The notes: generated from the sequence alone by a model not told the origin. DNA of 43,187 nucleotides from Ginsengibacter sp. (GCA_040002575.1 JBDUEG010000001.1:1-43187), one strand, 5' to 3'. Counted from the first letter of the stretch, positions 21,620-31,402 are shown. Numbers and translations: made by a program.

Positions 21620-23002
21620 TTAGAATAGATACCTGTACAATTCTTCAACTTTGCCTAATGGCACAATCTCAATATTTAAGTTTGCTTTTCCTGACTGCTT
21701 TCGTGATGCAAGGTTGTATTTACTAACAACTATTTTTTCAAAACCAAGTTTCTCCGATTCTGCTATGCGTTGCTCAATCCGATTTACAGGTCTTATTTCA
21801 CCGCTTAGCCCTACCTCTGCTGCAAAGCAGATATGCAATGGTAGCGCAACATCTTCATAAGAAGAAAGGAGAGCGCTTAACACGGCCAGGTCAATTGAAG
21901 GATCTTCTACTTTTAAGCCTCCTGCAATATTTATAAAAACATCTTTTACGCCAAAATGAAAGCCGCCTCTCTTTTCCAAAACCGCTAACAATAATTGAAG
22001 CCGGCGGAGATCGAAGCCGGTATTAGTTCTCTGAGGTGTGCCATATACACTTTGCGTTACCAACGCCTGGACCTCAATAAGTAATGGTCTTACCCCTTCC
22101 ATAGTTGCCGCGATCGCGACGCCGCTCAGTTGTTCCTCTCTTTGTGTGATGAGAATTTCAGAAGGATTACTCACCTGGCGCATCCCTTCACCAGTCATTT
22201 CGTAGATACCAAGCTCATATGATGGGCCAAACCTGTTTTTAAGGGTTCGCAAAATCCGGTAAGAATAATTACGATCACCCTCAAATTGAAGAACCGTGTC
22301 AACCATGTGTTCTAATATTTTTGGACCTGCGATATTTCCATCTTTAGTTATGTGCCCGATTAAAAAGACAGGCGTATTAGTTTCCTTGGCAAACCGCTGA
22401 AATTCCGCAGCCGTTTCTCTTATTTGAGATACGCTGCCGGGGCCAGACTCAATATAAGGTGACTGTAAAGTTTGAATAGAATCTACAATTACAAGCTCGG
22501 GTTTTAATTTTCTTATTTCACTAAAAATAGTTTGTGTATTGGTTTCAGTAAGAAGAAAAAATTTGGAATTTTTAATTTGAAGACGATCAGCCCGCATTTT
22601 AATTTGCTGGTTGCTTTCTTCTCCACTTATATACAAGGTGATAGTGTTCTGAAGTTGCAAGGCATCCTGAAGAAAAAGCGTCGATTTTCCAATGCCCGGC
22701 TCTCCCGCTATTAATACCAGACTTCCTCCCACAATTCCTCCTCCTAATACACGATTTAACTCTGCATCGGGAGTTATTATTCTTCTTTCTTCTCCATTGG
22801 AAACCTCTTCAAGAGAAGTCGTTTTAAGCCCATTGCTCAATCCTGAAAATTCTTTCCACTCACTTTGTTTTTTGTCGGTTCCTTTCACTATAACTTCTTC
22901 AACAAAAGTATTCCACTGTTCACAGGAAGGACATTTACCCAGCCATTTTGCACTCTCTTGTCCGCAATTACTACAGAAGAAAGCGGTTTTAGTTTTACTC
23001 AT
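21620..23002 (-). CDS. radA: DNA repair protein RadA/Sms
   Basis: C4 zinc finger, GEPGIGKST, KNRFG, Lon-like C-terminal domain. Confidence 0.97.
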   Translation of the reverse strand: MSKTKTAFFCSNCGQESAKWLGKCPSCEQWNTFVEEVIVKGTDKKQSEWKEFSGLSNGLKTTSLEEVSNGEERRIITPDAELNRVLGGGIVGGSLVLIAGEPGIGKSTLFLQDALQLQNTITLYISGEESNQQIKMRADRLQIKNSKFFLLTETNTQTIFSEIRKLKPELVIVDSIQTLQSPYIESGPGSVSQIRETAAEFQRFAKETNTPVFLIGHITKDGNIAGPKILEHMVDTVLQFEGDRNYSYRILRTLKNRFGPSYELGIYEMTGEGMRQVSNPSEILITQREEQLSGVAIAATMEGVRPLLIEVQALVTQSVYGTPQRTNTGFDLRRLQLLLAVLEKRGGFHFGVKDVFINIAGGLKVEDPSIDLAVLSALLSSYEDVALPLHICFAAEVGLSGEIRPVNRIEQRIAESEKLGFEKIVVSKYNLASRKQSGKANLNIEIVPLGKVEELYRYLF

Positions 23003-23111
23003 AATTATGAAGAATAAAATTAGGCAATATGCTTAGACAAGTAAAATGGAATAAAACAGGAATTTTTTAATGAAAGAGATGAAAGGAAACGGCACTTACT
23101 TGCTTATATGT

Positions 23112-23146
23112 AAAAGTAAAAGGGCCGGTATTTCTACCGGCCCTTT
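23112..23146 (-). terminator. Strong intrinsic terminator
   Basis: Perfect 12-bp inverted repeat AAAGGGCCGGTA-tttc-TACCGGCCCTTT (23119-23146); on the minus strand it ends UUUUACUUUU. Confidence 0.7.
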
Positions 23147-23170
23147 GTACTTACTAACCCATTAAATTCT
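23112..23170 (-). ncRNA. Candidate small RNA (about 55-60 nt) or radA leader
   Basis: Promoter-like element directly upstream and terminator at the 3' end; no ORF. Ends are approximate. Confidence 0.4.
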
Positions 23171-23174
23171 ATTG

Positions 23175-23205
23175 CTAAATTACTAATTGCAGTCACATAA
23201 ACAAA
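23175..23205 (-). promoter_or_regulatory. Bacteroidota sigma-70-like promoter
   Basis: Minus strand TTTG-N19-TAATTTAG, one mismatch to TTTG-N19/21-TAnnTTTG. Confidence 0.5.
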
Positions 23206-23348
23206 TTAATTTTCTACGATGTTAATAAATTTCTTCAGAGAATTCTATGCTGATCCCGAATTTTTATTTTATGTAACTATTTGATTATAATAATGTTGTG
23301 TTCTTTTTTGTTTAAGGAAGAGAATAAATAAAAATTGTTTTCTATTAA

Positions 23349-23380
23349 TTTGGTTTATAATATAAACTAATTTATGTTTG
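23349..23380 (+). promoter_or_regulatory. Sigma-70 promoter of the TonB operon with a palindromic operator in the spacer
   Basis: TTTG(23349-52)-N20-TATGTTTG(23373-80); spacer contains GTTTATA-A-TATAAAC (23353-67). Confidence 0.7.
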
Positions 23381-23395
23381 TAAGAAATTTATAAA

Positions 23396-25651
23396 ATGTA
23401 TCGCATCCTATTTATATTTTCCTTGTCTTTCATAAGTTTATGCAACGGGCAGGTAAGAATTTCTGGAAAAATAACTGACAACCATAATCATCCTCTCGCT
23501 GGTATAAGTGTAAGTATTCTTAATTCCTATGACGGCGCTACTTCGGACTCTCTCGGGAAATACTCTTTCAATACATTAGAAAAAGGAGAGCAAACTTTAC
23601 AATCGACTTCGGAAGGCTATAGATCTTTCGAGCAGAAAATAAATATTGGAACCGAAGGTCAAACTATTAACATCTCTCTCAAAGAACAAATTACAGAATT
23701 AAAAGCCGTTGTAATAAGTGCCGGCACTTTTGAGGCAAGCGATCAAAAAAGAGCGACCGCCCTAAACCCTCTTGATATTGTAACAACCGCCAGCGCAAAT
23801 GGAGATATCACATCCGCAATAAAAACGCTGCCGGGTACACAGCAAGTTGGAGAAAGTGAGGGGCTTTTTGTTCGCGGAGGTACGGCAAGTGAAAGTAAAA
23901 TTTTTATAGATGGAACACTAGTGAATAATTTTTTCTACTCTAGTGAACCAAACCAGGCGACGAGAGGCAGGTTCAATCCGTTTTTATTTAAAGGAACTAT
24001 TTTTAGTTCGGGTGGATATTCTGCTTTGTACGGACAAGCCCTCTCGTCAGTATTATTATTAGAATCAATTGACCTGCCCGAAAGGACTTCAGCAGATTTC
24101 GGTATATCTTATCTCGCTGCAAATGCAGGAATTCAAACGCTTTCAAAGAACAAAAAATCTTCCTGGGGTCTTACTTACTCGTACGTGAATCTTGCCTTGG
24201 TGTATAATCTTATAAAGCAAAAGTTTGATTATTTTAAGGTTCCAATACTCCATGAAGGAGATGCAAATTTTAGGATTAAAACTTCTGCTACAGGGATGTT
24301 AAAATATCTTGGATACTTCAGCACAACCAGTGTTGGATTCAGGAACCAGGATGTAGATTCATTAAACATGAAAGATGCTTTTGGCCTCAAAAACTTCAAT
24401 ATGTACCACAATCTTTCATGGAAAGAATATATAGGCAAGGGATGGAAAGTAAACACAGGCACCTCATATAGCACAAACAGGGATGATATTAAAAATGAAC
24501 TCCAGGATGAGAATGACAAAAAGCAGGAACTATTAAATGACCCCTTATATGCCTATAAAAACTTTAATCTTGTAAATAAAGGCCAATACGCAAATGCAAA
24601 AATTGTGTTGGATAAAAAATTAAATGGCCTAAGCGCTATTAGATTCGGTACTGAATACAATTACAGTAATGAAAAATCTACTTACAGCCAATACGATGGA
24701 AGTAAATTTTCACAAACAACAACAGAAAAAATTTTTTCCGGTTTTGCTGAAGCAGATATTTATTTGACCAATAACCTTGCTGCTAAAGTAGGATCAAGAG
24801 CAGAGCATTCGCAATTGATTGATAGGTGGAACATTGCTCCAAGGCTTTCACTGGCTTATAAATTTCCTGATAATAGCCAGGCTTCCGTTGCCTATGGAAT
24901 TTTTTACCAGGATCCAGAAAATAAATATCTTCCTTCCGCGAATGCACTACACTTTGCACAGGCAACTCACTATATTTTTCAATATCAAAAAATAACGAAT
25001 CAGCGCACTTTCCGCACAGAGATTTTTTATAAAAAATATGCCGACCTTTTTAAAACAGGCTTAAGTAGTGGAAGATTTGTAGCAATTAATAATGACGGTT
25101 TTGGAGATGCCAAAGGCATTGAGTTTTTCTGGAGAGATAAAAGAACGATAAAGAATTTTGATTACTGGATTTCTTACTCATACCTCGATACAAAAAGAGA
25201 TTTTCTTAATTATCCTTTTGCTATAGAGCCTTCCTTTGCTTCGAAGCACACTGCATCACTTGTATTGAAAAAATTTGTAACTAAAATGAAAACGCAGTTT
25301 AATGCATCATATACATATGCTACAGGCAGGCCTTACTACAATATAAACTTCGATAGCAATGCAGGCATTTATAAACTTTATGATGAAGGGCGTACCAAAG
25401 ATTATAACAGCCTTAGCTTGAGCCTAAATTATTTGCCGTCCATAGGAAAAATTGATGCAAAAGGGTTTACAGTGTTTGTATTTTCGGTTACAAATGTTTT
25501 AGGCGCAAACAATATATATTCCTATAACTATTCCGCAAATGGACAAAATAAAGTCGCGGTTACTCCTCCCTCAAAAAGATTTTTGTATTTAGGCTGTTTT
25601 ATTAGCCTCGGAATTGATAGAACGGAGGACGCAATTAATAATCATTTGTAA
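23396..25651 (+). CDS. TonB-dependent receptor with N-terminal carboxypeptidase-regulatory-like domain
   Basis: Signal peptide, ISGKITD..PLAG, plug region LPGTQQVGE..FVRGG..IFIDG, barrel strands APRLSLAY, ATGRPY, VTNVLG. Confidence 0.88.
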   Translation: MYRILFIFSLSFISLCNGQVRISGKITDNHNHPLAGISVSILNSYDGATSDSLGKYSFNTLEKGEQTLQSTSEGYRSFEQKINIGTEGQTINISLKEQITELKAVVISAGTFEASDQKRATALNPLDIVTTASANGDITSAIKTLPGTQQVGESEGLFVRGGTASESKIFIDGTLVNNFFYSSEPNQATRGRFNPFLFKGTIFSSGGYSALYGQALSSVLLLESIDLPERTSADFGISYLAANAGIQTLSKNKKSSWGLTYSYVNLALVYNLIKQKFDYFKVPILHEGDANFRIKTSATGMLKYLGYFSTTSVGFRNQDVDSLNMKDAFGLKNFNMYHNLSWKEYIGKGWKVNTGTSYSTNRDDIKNELQDENDKKQELLNDPLYAYKNFNLVNKGQYANAKIVLDKKLNGLSAIRFGTEYNYSNEKSTYSQYDGSKFSQTTTEKIFSGFAEADIYLTNNLAAKVGSRAEHSQLIDRWNIAPRLSLAYKFPDNSQASVAYGIFYQDPENKYLPSANALHFAQATHYIFQYQKITNQRTFRTEIFYKKYADLFKTGLSSGRFVAINNDGFGDAKGIEFFWRDKRTIKNFDYWISYSYLDTKRDFLNYPFAIEPSFASKHTASLVLKKFVTKMKTQFNASYTYATGRPYYNINFDSNAGIYKLYDEGRTKDYNSLSLSLNYLPSIGKIDAKGFTVFVFSVTNVLGANNIYSYNYSANGQNKVAVTPPSKRFLYLGCFISLGIDRTEDAINNHL

Positions 25652-25711
25652 GCTTAATTTCCATTATCAAAAAGTACTCAACAATAATAATTCAAAACAA
25701 AAACAATCAAA

Positions 25712-26353
25712 ATGAAAAAATTCTTTCTTCTCGCTACAATAATTTGTGTTGCAAATTTCACTTTTGCACAAAGTGATAAATATGCAAATGCCATGAAAGC
25801 TAATATTGCTTTGCTCGATTCTATGATGCTGAAAAATAACGGCACAGAAATGTCTAATAATTTTGAAAGAATTGCAGATGCTGAAAAAACACAATGGCTT
25901 CCGTACTATTATGCAGCCTATTCTACTGTTACGCAGGCTTATTCAGAAAAAGACAATTCAAAGAAAGATGCTCTTGCTGATAAAGCCCAACAATTAATTG
26001 ATAAAGCTGAAACCATTTTGGGTAAAGAAACTTCGGAGACAAATGTTATTAAAAGTATGATTGCAACCTCGCATATGATGGTAGATCCACAAAGCAGGTA
26101 TATGACATATGGCCCGGCTTCCACAGGATTTATTGAAAAAGCAAAATCCCTGGATCCGACAAATCCACGCCCGGTACTGCTTGAAGCGGAAAGTAAATTC
26201 TATACCCCTGAACAATTTGGCGGCGGCAAGGATGTTGCTAAAGAATATTTCGACAAAGCAAACACCCTGAACGAAAACTTTAAACCGGAAACAGAACTTT
26301 CTCCAAACTGGGGTAAAGGCGCCCTCGAATATTTTCTTTCTCAATACAAATAA
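25712..26353 (+). CDS. Exported helical (TPR-like) hypothetical protein
   Basis: Signal peptide (TFA-Q), FERIADAEKTQWLPYYYAAY, LDPTNPR, TPEQFGGGK, PNWG. Confidence 0.8.
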   Translation: MKKFFLLATIICVANFTFAQSDKYANAMKANIALLDSMMLKNNGTEMSNNFERIADAEKTQWLPYYYAAYSTVTQAYSEKDNSKKDALADKAQQLIDKAETILGKETSETNVIKSMIATSHMMVDPQSRYMTYGPASTGFIEKAKSLDPTNPRPVLLEAESKFYTPEQFGGGKDVAKEYFDKANTLNENFKPETELSPNWGKGALEYFLSQYK

Positions 26354-26358
26354 TTATT

Positions 26359-26946
26359 ATGAATTCTGAAAGCAATATGACAGAGGAGCAAAGCTTCGAG
26401 TTGATTACTTCAATGATTAATAAAGCAAAAAATCGCTTTAGTGAAACGGGAATACTTTACTTATTTTGGGGCTGGCTTGTCTTACTCTGCTGCCTGGTTC
26501 AGTTTATCGCTTTGTATTTTTTCAAAAATGAAGACGCAAACTACATTTGGTATTTGACATGGATCGCACCAATTTACCAGGTTATTTACCTGCGCCAGTT
26601 GAAGAAAAAAAGAAGTGTAAAAACCTACACAGCGGAGATTATAGGATACGTTTGGTTCGTATTTATTGTTTGTATTACATTATTTGTCTTTACACTCATT
26701 TTTCTTAAAGCTTATTTATGCATTAATCCCGCTGTGTTAATTATGTATGGGATGCCGACTTTTCTGTCCGGGGTCATTGTAAAATTTAAGCCTTTAAGAG
26801 TAGGTGGGATTTGTTGTTGGCTATTATCTATTCTCGCTGTAATGGTACCATATGAATTTCAATTTTTATTAATCTCACTTGCCGTCATTGTTGCATGGAT
26901 AATTCCAGGCTATCTTTTAAGAACCAAGTTTAAAAAAGAAAATTAG
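26359..26946 (+). CDS. Hypothetical membrane protein (about 6 TM), paralog 1
   Basis: SFELITSMINKAK, LFWG, GMPTFLSG, WIIPGYLL. Confidence 0.8.
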   Translation: MNSESNMTEEQSFELITSMINKAKNRFSETGILYLFWGWLVLLCCLVQFIALYFFKNEDANYIWYLTWIAPIYQVIYLRQLKKKRSVKTYTAEIIGYVWFVFIVCITLFVFTLIFLKAYLCINPAVLIMYGMPTFLSGVIVKFKPLRVGGICCWLLSILAVMVPYEFQFLLISLAVIVAWIIPGYLLRTKFKKEN

Positions 26947-26947
26947 T

Positions 26948-27553
26948 ATGGAAGAACAATCACTTTCAGAAAAAGAAAGCCTGCAATTAATAGCAGGTAT
27001 GATAAGGCAGGCAAAAAATCATTATTACGAAAGCGGATTGGGGGCATTGTTATGGGGCTTTACTAATCTTATTTGTTTTTTACTTGCATGGCTCGAGGCT
27101 TCTATTGATGGGTTTTATATGCCCTTTAGTCCTTTCTACTTAATGGCCATCACTTTTGCTTTGCAGATTTATTTTGATAGACGGGAAAAAAAATATCAAG
27201 ACGCTTTTACTTATAAAGATGAAGCACATAAATATATATGGCTCGCTTTTGGGATAAGTGTTTTTATTCTCACGATCGCCGGAGGATATGCAAACATTGG
27301 CTACGTTGTACTACCCATTCTTTTACTTCTTTTTGGCATACCGACCTTTATTAGTGGTTGCATAAATAAATTTTCTCCGTTTGTTGCTGGAGGAATAATT
27401 TGCTGGATACTGTGCGTCATATCGTTCTTTTATAAAGGCTACAATACTTATCTTCTGGTTGCGGCAGGTGCAACTGTTGCATGGATCATACCCGGCTTCA
27501 TCTTACGAGCCCGGTTTTATAAAAATATAGCCAAACGAAAAGATGGACTTTAA
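26948..27553 (+). CDS. Hypothetical membrane protein (about 6 TM), paralog 2
   Basis: SLQLIAGMIRQAK, LLWG, GIPTFISG, WIIPGFIL; collinear with paralog 1. Confidence 0.8.
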   Translation: MEEQSLSEKESLQLIAGMIRQAKNHYYESGLGALLWGFTNLICFLLAWLEASIDGFYMPFSPFYLMAITFALQIYFDRREKKYQDAFTYKDEAHKYIWLAFGISVFILTIAGGYANIGYVVLPILLLLFGIPTFISGCINKFSPFVAGGIICWILCVISFFYKGYNTYLLVAAGATVAWIIPGFILRARFYKNIAKRKDGL

Positions 27554-27833
27554 AGAACTTGATCCCATATTGCACTCTCAACTACGCCTTGCTGTTATGT
27601 CACTTTTAATAAGTGTGAAAGAAGCTGAGTTTACTTTTTTAAAAGAAAAAACAAATGCTACAGCCGGGAATTTGAGTGTACAGGTAACTAAACTTAAAGA
27701 TGCAGGATATATTGAAATCACAAAGCAATTCCATAAAAATTATCCGCAAACTATCTGTAAGATTACCCCGGAAGGAGTGACTGCATTTGAAAATTATGTA
27801 ACAGCTTTGCAAAGCTATATGAATCTCCGCTGA
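27543..27833 (+). CDS. Winged-helix transcriptional regulator (HTH_34/ArsR-MarR-like)
   Basis: LDPILHSQLRLAVMSLL, ATAGNLSVQ..KL..AGYI, TPEG..AF..Y; overlaps the upstream gene by 11 nt. Confidence 0.88.
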   Translation: MDFKELDPILHSQLRLAVMSLLISVKEAEFTFLKEKTNATAGNLSVQVTKLKDAGYIEITKQFHKNYPQTICKITPEGVTAFENYVTALQSYMNLR

Positions 27834-27871
27834 CATATGGCGGAATGACTCTTTATGGCCTAACATTGTAT

Positions 27872-27913
27872 AAAAAGAAAGTGGCTGTCAAACGACAGCC
27901 ACTTTCTTTTTTT
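27872..27913. terminator. Bidirectional intrinsic terminator
   Basis: AAAAAGAAAGTGGCTGTC-aaac-GACAGCCACTTTCTTTTT, between convergent genes. Confidence 0.9.
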
Positions 27914-27923
27914 GTGATATTCT

Positions 27924-30092
27924 CTACTGCTTTGTAATCTTTTCAGTAAATCGTTCTTCTGAAGAAATAAATTGTATGAAATAATTTCCGGCAGGAAGAT
28001 TAGAGAGCTCGTCGAGTTTGATATAGTTTAATCCCTTTGTCATCTGTATGCTTTTTGTGACAACCTCTTTGCCTTGTATATTTATAACTCTGGCAGTTAT
28101 AACTTCCGCTTTGCTCCAATTCATATTCACATTTAAATAGCTGTTGAATGGATTGGGAGAAATAACCAGATTTTTATCTGACTGCTTCGTCTTTATTGAA
28201 ATCACTTTGGAATAACTTCCTTTACCATCCAGGTCAATTTGCTTTAGCCTGTAATATATGATCGCTCCTGCTAAAGACGAAATATTATCCAATGCGGAAT
28301 AAGTGTGTACAAGTGAGGTAGTGCCACTGCCATTAATGCTTGCTACTTCGGTGAACACATTGCCATCGAAGCTTCTTTCAATTTTAAACTTGCTGCAGTT
28401 TATTTCCATTGAAGTTTTCCAGTCAAGTTTTACAGAACCAGTTTGCATAAGTACTGCAGAGAAAGAAACCAATGTTATTGGTAAAGGCCCATTATCAGGA
28501 TTTATTATTGCAGTACCGTCGTCAACAAAGTCAACATCAGCATCTGACTTGGCATTTATGCGGGCAATGTTCAAGATAGAAGGAACCGGTTTATTAAGTC
28601 CCGGATCGTTTACAGTTACCTGGAATTGTAAATCGTAGCTTTCATTTTCTGCAAGTGATCCCCCTGACGATGCTGAACAGCCTGTTCCAATTCTAAACCT
28701 TACCGTTTTGATAGATCCATTTACTATGTACTCTGCTCCATCATCTCCTGCTGCGTCACTCAGACTTCCAGCAGTCACTCCCGGACAACTAATTACTTTT
28801 AATGAATTAGGAACGTAAGTAACGCTATTGGGTAGTGTATCTGAAATCACTATATAATTTGCATTGCCAATACCTGTATTACTACCTTTCAATGAATAAG
28901 TAAGCACCTCATTTTTTTCTCCCAGGTGGTTATTATTTGCATCAGTAACCGTTTTATCCAATGTAATACTTGGATCTTTCATTTTTATAGTAAAAGTAAA
29001 AACACCTGGAAAGTATTGATCGGCCTCTGTACCAAATTCGAGAGTAACAGAATTTGAATTTGGTAAAATACCATAACCTGTTCCAACATCAAACTGGTCA
29101 ATATCAACACCCATTTGATTTGTAAAATTTGGGTTTTTTGTAGTTACATGTGCTCCATTATCTGTAATGGTACCGTTCCAGGGATTATCTGCCTGGTTGG
29201 TGGTATTTGAGAATAAGTGAGTATTGATTTTTAAATAATCTTTAGTAAGATTCGCATCTCCTTCCCAGGCAAGTACTCCCATTTTCGCATCACCAGGTGC
29301 AAGCGTTCCCGATGGCACATTGAGACCTGTTAGAGTAACAGTTGTTGTGAGGGGATTGCCATTGCTATAAACCTGCTGGTAGCCATCATAAAGACGAACA
29401 CTGTTGTAGTTCAGGTTGCTATTTTCATATACAACTACTATGCACCAGCCTCCATGGTTACCGCCACCCGAAATAGAACCCGTGCTTAAAGGCGCATTAC
29501 CTACTTCGTAAGTTCCGGCACCATTATTCTTAACCAGTGCAGTGATGTCAGCATAAGCCTGATACTGCGTATAGCCGGTGCTGGGAGTTACCTTGTCGAT
29601 ACCTAAAGCGGTAACATCAGAATAAGCGGAAGAAAGACCCTTTCTTATTTTAATAGTTTTGTTTGAATCTATAGACAAATCGAAATCGGAGTTTTTTATG
29701 CGGCCACCCCAGTATAGGCGTGCAAGCTTAATTGTATTTGTACCTGCCGGAAGAATGAGATCAGAAGAAGATGAATTCCTCGTTACGCTTCCATTTCCTA
29801 AAGCACCGTCGATGTCGACATATTGCATGTTTTCGTTGTCGTTACCGTAGGTACTGTTACCATTCACACTGTTACCGTTCATTTTAGTGAGATTGACAGT
29901 GCCATTGTTCAGAATCTGCATAAGCGTATTTCCAAACATTGCGGTGCTGCCTTGAATATTGTCAGAATATACGAGGTTATAATTTCTAACCTGTGCAAAT
30001 GGGACACCGTAAATTAATAAAAGAGTCAGGCAAATAATCAATTTGCGGCTCAGTCGATTTCGAAATAAAAACTTAAATGTAAAAACTCTCAT
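27924..30092 (-). CDS. T9SS type A CTD surface protein with DUF3344-like and DUF11-like domains
   Basis: Signal peptide; NSSSSDLILP..ARLYWGG; LDKTV..ISDTLPNSVTYVPNS; PLPITLVSF/YYRLKQIDLDG; CTD ISPNPF..GNYFIQ..KITK. Confidence 0.8.
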   Translation of the reverse strand: MRVFTFKFLFRNRLSRKLIICLTLLLIYGVPFAQVRNYNLVYSDNIQGSTAMFGNTLMQILNNGTVNLTKMNGNSVNGNSTYGNDNENMQYVDIDGALGNGSVTRNSSSSDLILPAGTNTIKLARLYWGGRIKNSDFDLSIDSNKTIKIRKGLSSAYSDVTALGIDKVTPSTGYTQYQAYADITALVKNNGAGTYEVGNAPLSTGSISGGGNHGGWCIVVVYENSNLNYNSVRLYDGYQQVYSNGNPLTTTVTLTGLNVPSGTLAPGDAKMGVLAWEGDANLTKDYLKINTHLFSNTTNQADNPWNGTITDNGAHVTTKNPNFTNQMGVDIDQFDVGTGYGILPNSNSVTLEFGTEADQYFPGVFTFTIKMKDPSITLDKTVTDANNNHLGEKNEVLTYSLKGSNTGIGNANYIVISDTLPNSVTYVPNSLKVISCPGVTAGSLSDAAGDDGAEYIVNGSIKTVRFRIGTGCSASSGGSLAENESYDLQFQVTVNDPGLNKPVPSILNIARINAKSDADVDFVDDGTAIINPDNGPLPITLVSFSAVLMQTGSVKLDWKTSMEINCSKFKIERSFDGNVFTEVASINGSGTTSLVHTYSALDNISSLAGAIIYYRLKQIDLDGKGSYSKVISIKTKQSDKNLVISPNPFNSYLNVNMNWSKAEVITARVINIQGKEVVTKSIQMTKGLNYIKLDELSNLPAGNYFIQFISSEERFTEKITKQ

Positions 30093-30361
30093 GATAGTTA
30101 ATTTTTTCTGTGGTAATTATGGTTTACAAAATGGTTACCATAAGCTGGAGTGTCACAGTTTTAAAAAGATATCAGGGGAAGCTGAAAGTTTTAAAAAAGG
30201 AAGAAGGGATCTATAACGAAAAAATTAAAATAGAGAATAGAGAACACAGGGATGCATTATTAATCAGAACCATCCCTAAAACAATAAGCGTTGCTTTCTA
30301 AAAGATATTGATAAGTAGAAGTAGAAAAATTCTTGTGGAGTGTTCCTAAGAGTTGGAGATG

Positions 30362-30411
30362 CAAAATTATAAACGTTTTTGATAAATCAAAGCATTTTCA
30401 AAAATAGTTTT
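30362..30411. promoter_or_regulatory. Overlapping divergent sigma-70-like promoters
   Basis: Minus strand TTTG(30391-88)-N18-TAATTTTG(30369-62); plus strand TTTG(30378-81)-N22-TAGTTTTG(30404-11). Confidence 0.45.
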
Positions 30412-30466
30412 GCAGGAAGAAACATAATACAGTTTCCTTTGTTGTCTAAAGAGCATTATTTAATCA

Positions 30467-31402
30467 ATGGAACCTATAATTGAAGTAAACAATCTTACCA
30501 AAACTTTTAAAGACATAATAGCTGTCAATGATCTTTCCTTTCGTGTATATGAAGGCGATGTGTATGGATTTTTAGGCCAAAACGGGGCGGGTAAGTCAAC
30601 GACTATGCGAATGTTGCTTACTCTTATTAAACCCACATCCGGGAGCATTGCAATCTTTAATAAAAACTTGTTTTCAAACCGGGAAGAAATTTTGAGGAAT
30701 ACCGGGGCAATTATTGAAAAGCCTGATCTATATAATTATCTCACCGCCTATGAAAATGTAGTATTTCTTGCAAAGCTCTCAGGTAAAGCTGTTTCCAGGC
30801 AATCGGTTATGGAGTTTCTACAAATGGTGGGCTTAACGGAAAGGGCTAATAGTAAGGTTAAAACTTTTTCACAGGGAATGAAACAACGTTTAGGTATTGC
30901 AGTTGCACTGGTACACGATCCGTCCCTTATCATACTGGATGAGCCAACAAACGGACTCGATCCACAAGGAATTGCAGACACAAGAGAGCTTATAAAAGAC
31001 CTCAGTTATCAGCACGGGAAAACCGTAATGGTTTCTTCCCATTTACTTTCAGAAATAGAGTTGATAGCAAACCGGATTCTTATAATTCATAAAGGGAAAA
31101 AAATTGTGGAAGGCTCGGCAAAAGAATTATTAGACCCTTCTAAAACGCTAGTGGAAATTCATACGACAGATGATAAGTCAGCAAAAGATATTTTATCTGA
31201 TAGTAAGTGGTCTCCTAATTTAAAAACCGTAAAAGCAGAAAAAATACTTTTGCAAATGGATAAAACAAATATCCCGGCTCTCGTTAATTATCTTGTACAA
31301 AATCATATTGGCATTCTTTCAGCGGAGCCGCGGCATTCTTTGGAAGATTATTTTTTATCTCTTACAACTCCCGGCATACATGTGGAACCTGCTACAGTTT
31401 GA
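30467..31402 (+). CDS. ABC transporter ATP-binding protein (BcrA-like exporter)
   Basis: GQNGAGKST, FSQGMKQRLGIA, ILDEPTNGLDP, SSHLL, SLEDYFLSLT. Confidence 0.92.
   Translation: MEPIIEVNNLTKTFKDIIAVNDLSFRVYEGDVYGFLGQNGAGKSTTMRMLLTLIKPTSGSIAIFNKNLFSNREEILRNTGAIIEKPDLYNYLTAYENVVFLAKLSGKAVSRQSVMEFLQMVGLTERANSKVKTFSQGMKQRLGIAVALVHDPSLIILDEPTNGLDPQGIADTRELIKDLSYQHGKTVMVSSHLLSEIELIANRILIIHKGKKIVEGSAKELLDPSKTLVEIHTTDDKSAKDILSDSKWSPNLKTVKAEKILLQMDKTNIPALVNYLVQNHIGILSAEPRHSLEDYFLSLTTPGIHVEPATV

Noticed and set aside
30110-30301. 63-aa plus-strand ORF in the T9SS/ABC intergenic region
   Set aside because: GTG start, no motif, and antisense to the predicted leader; no support for coding.
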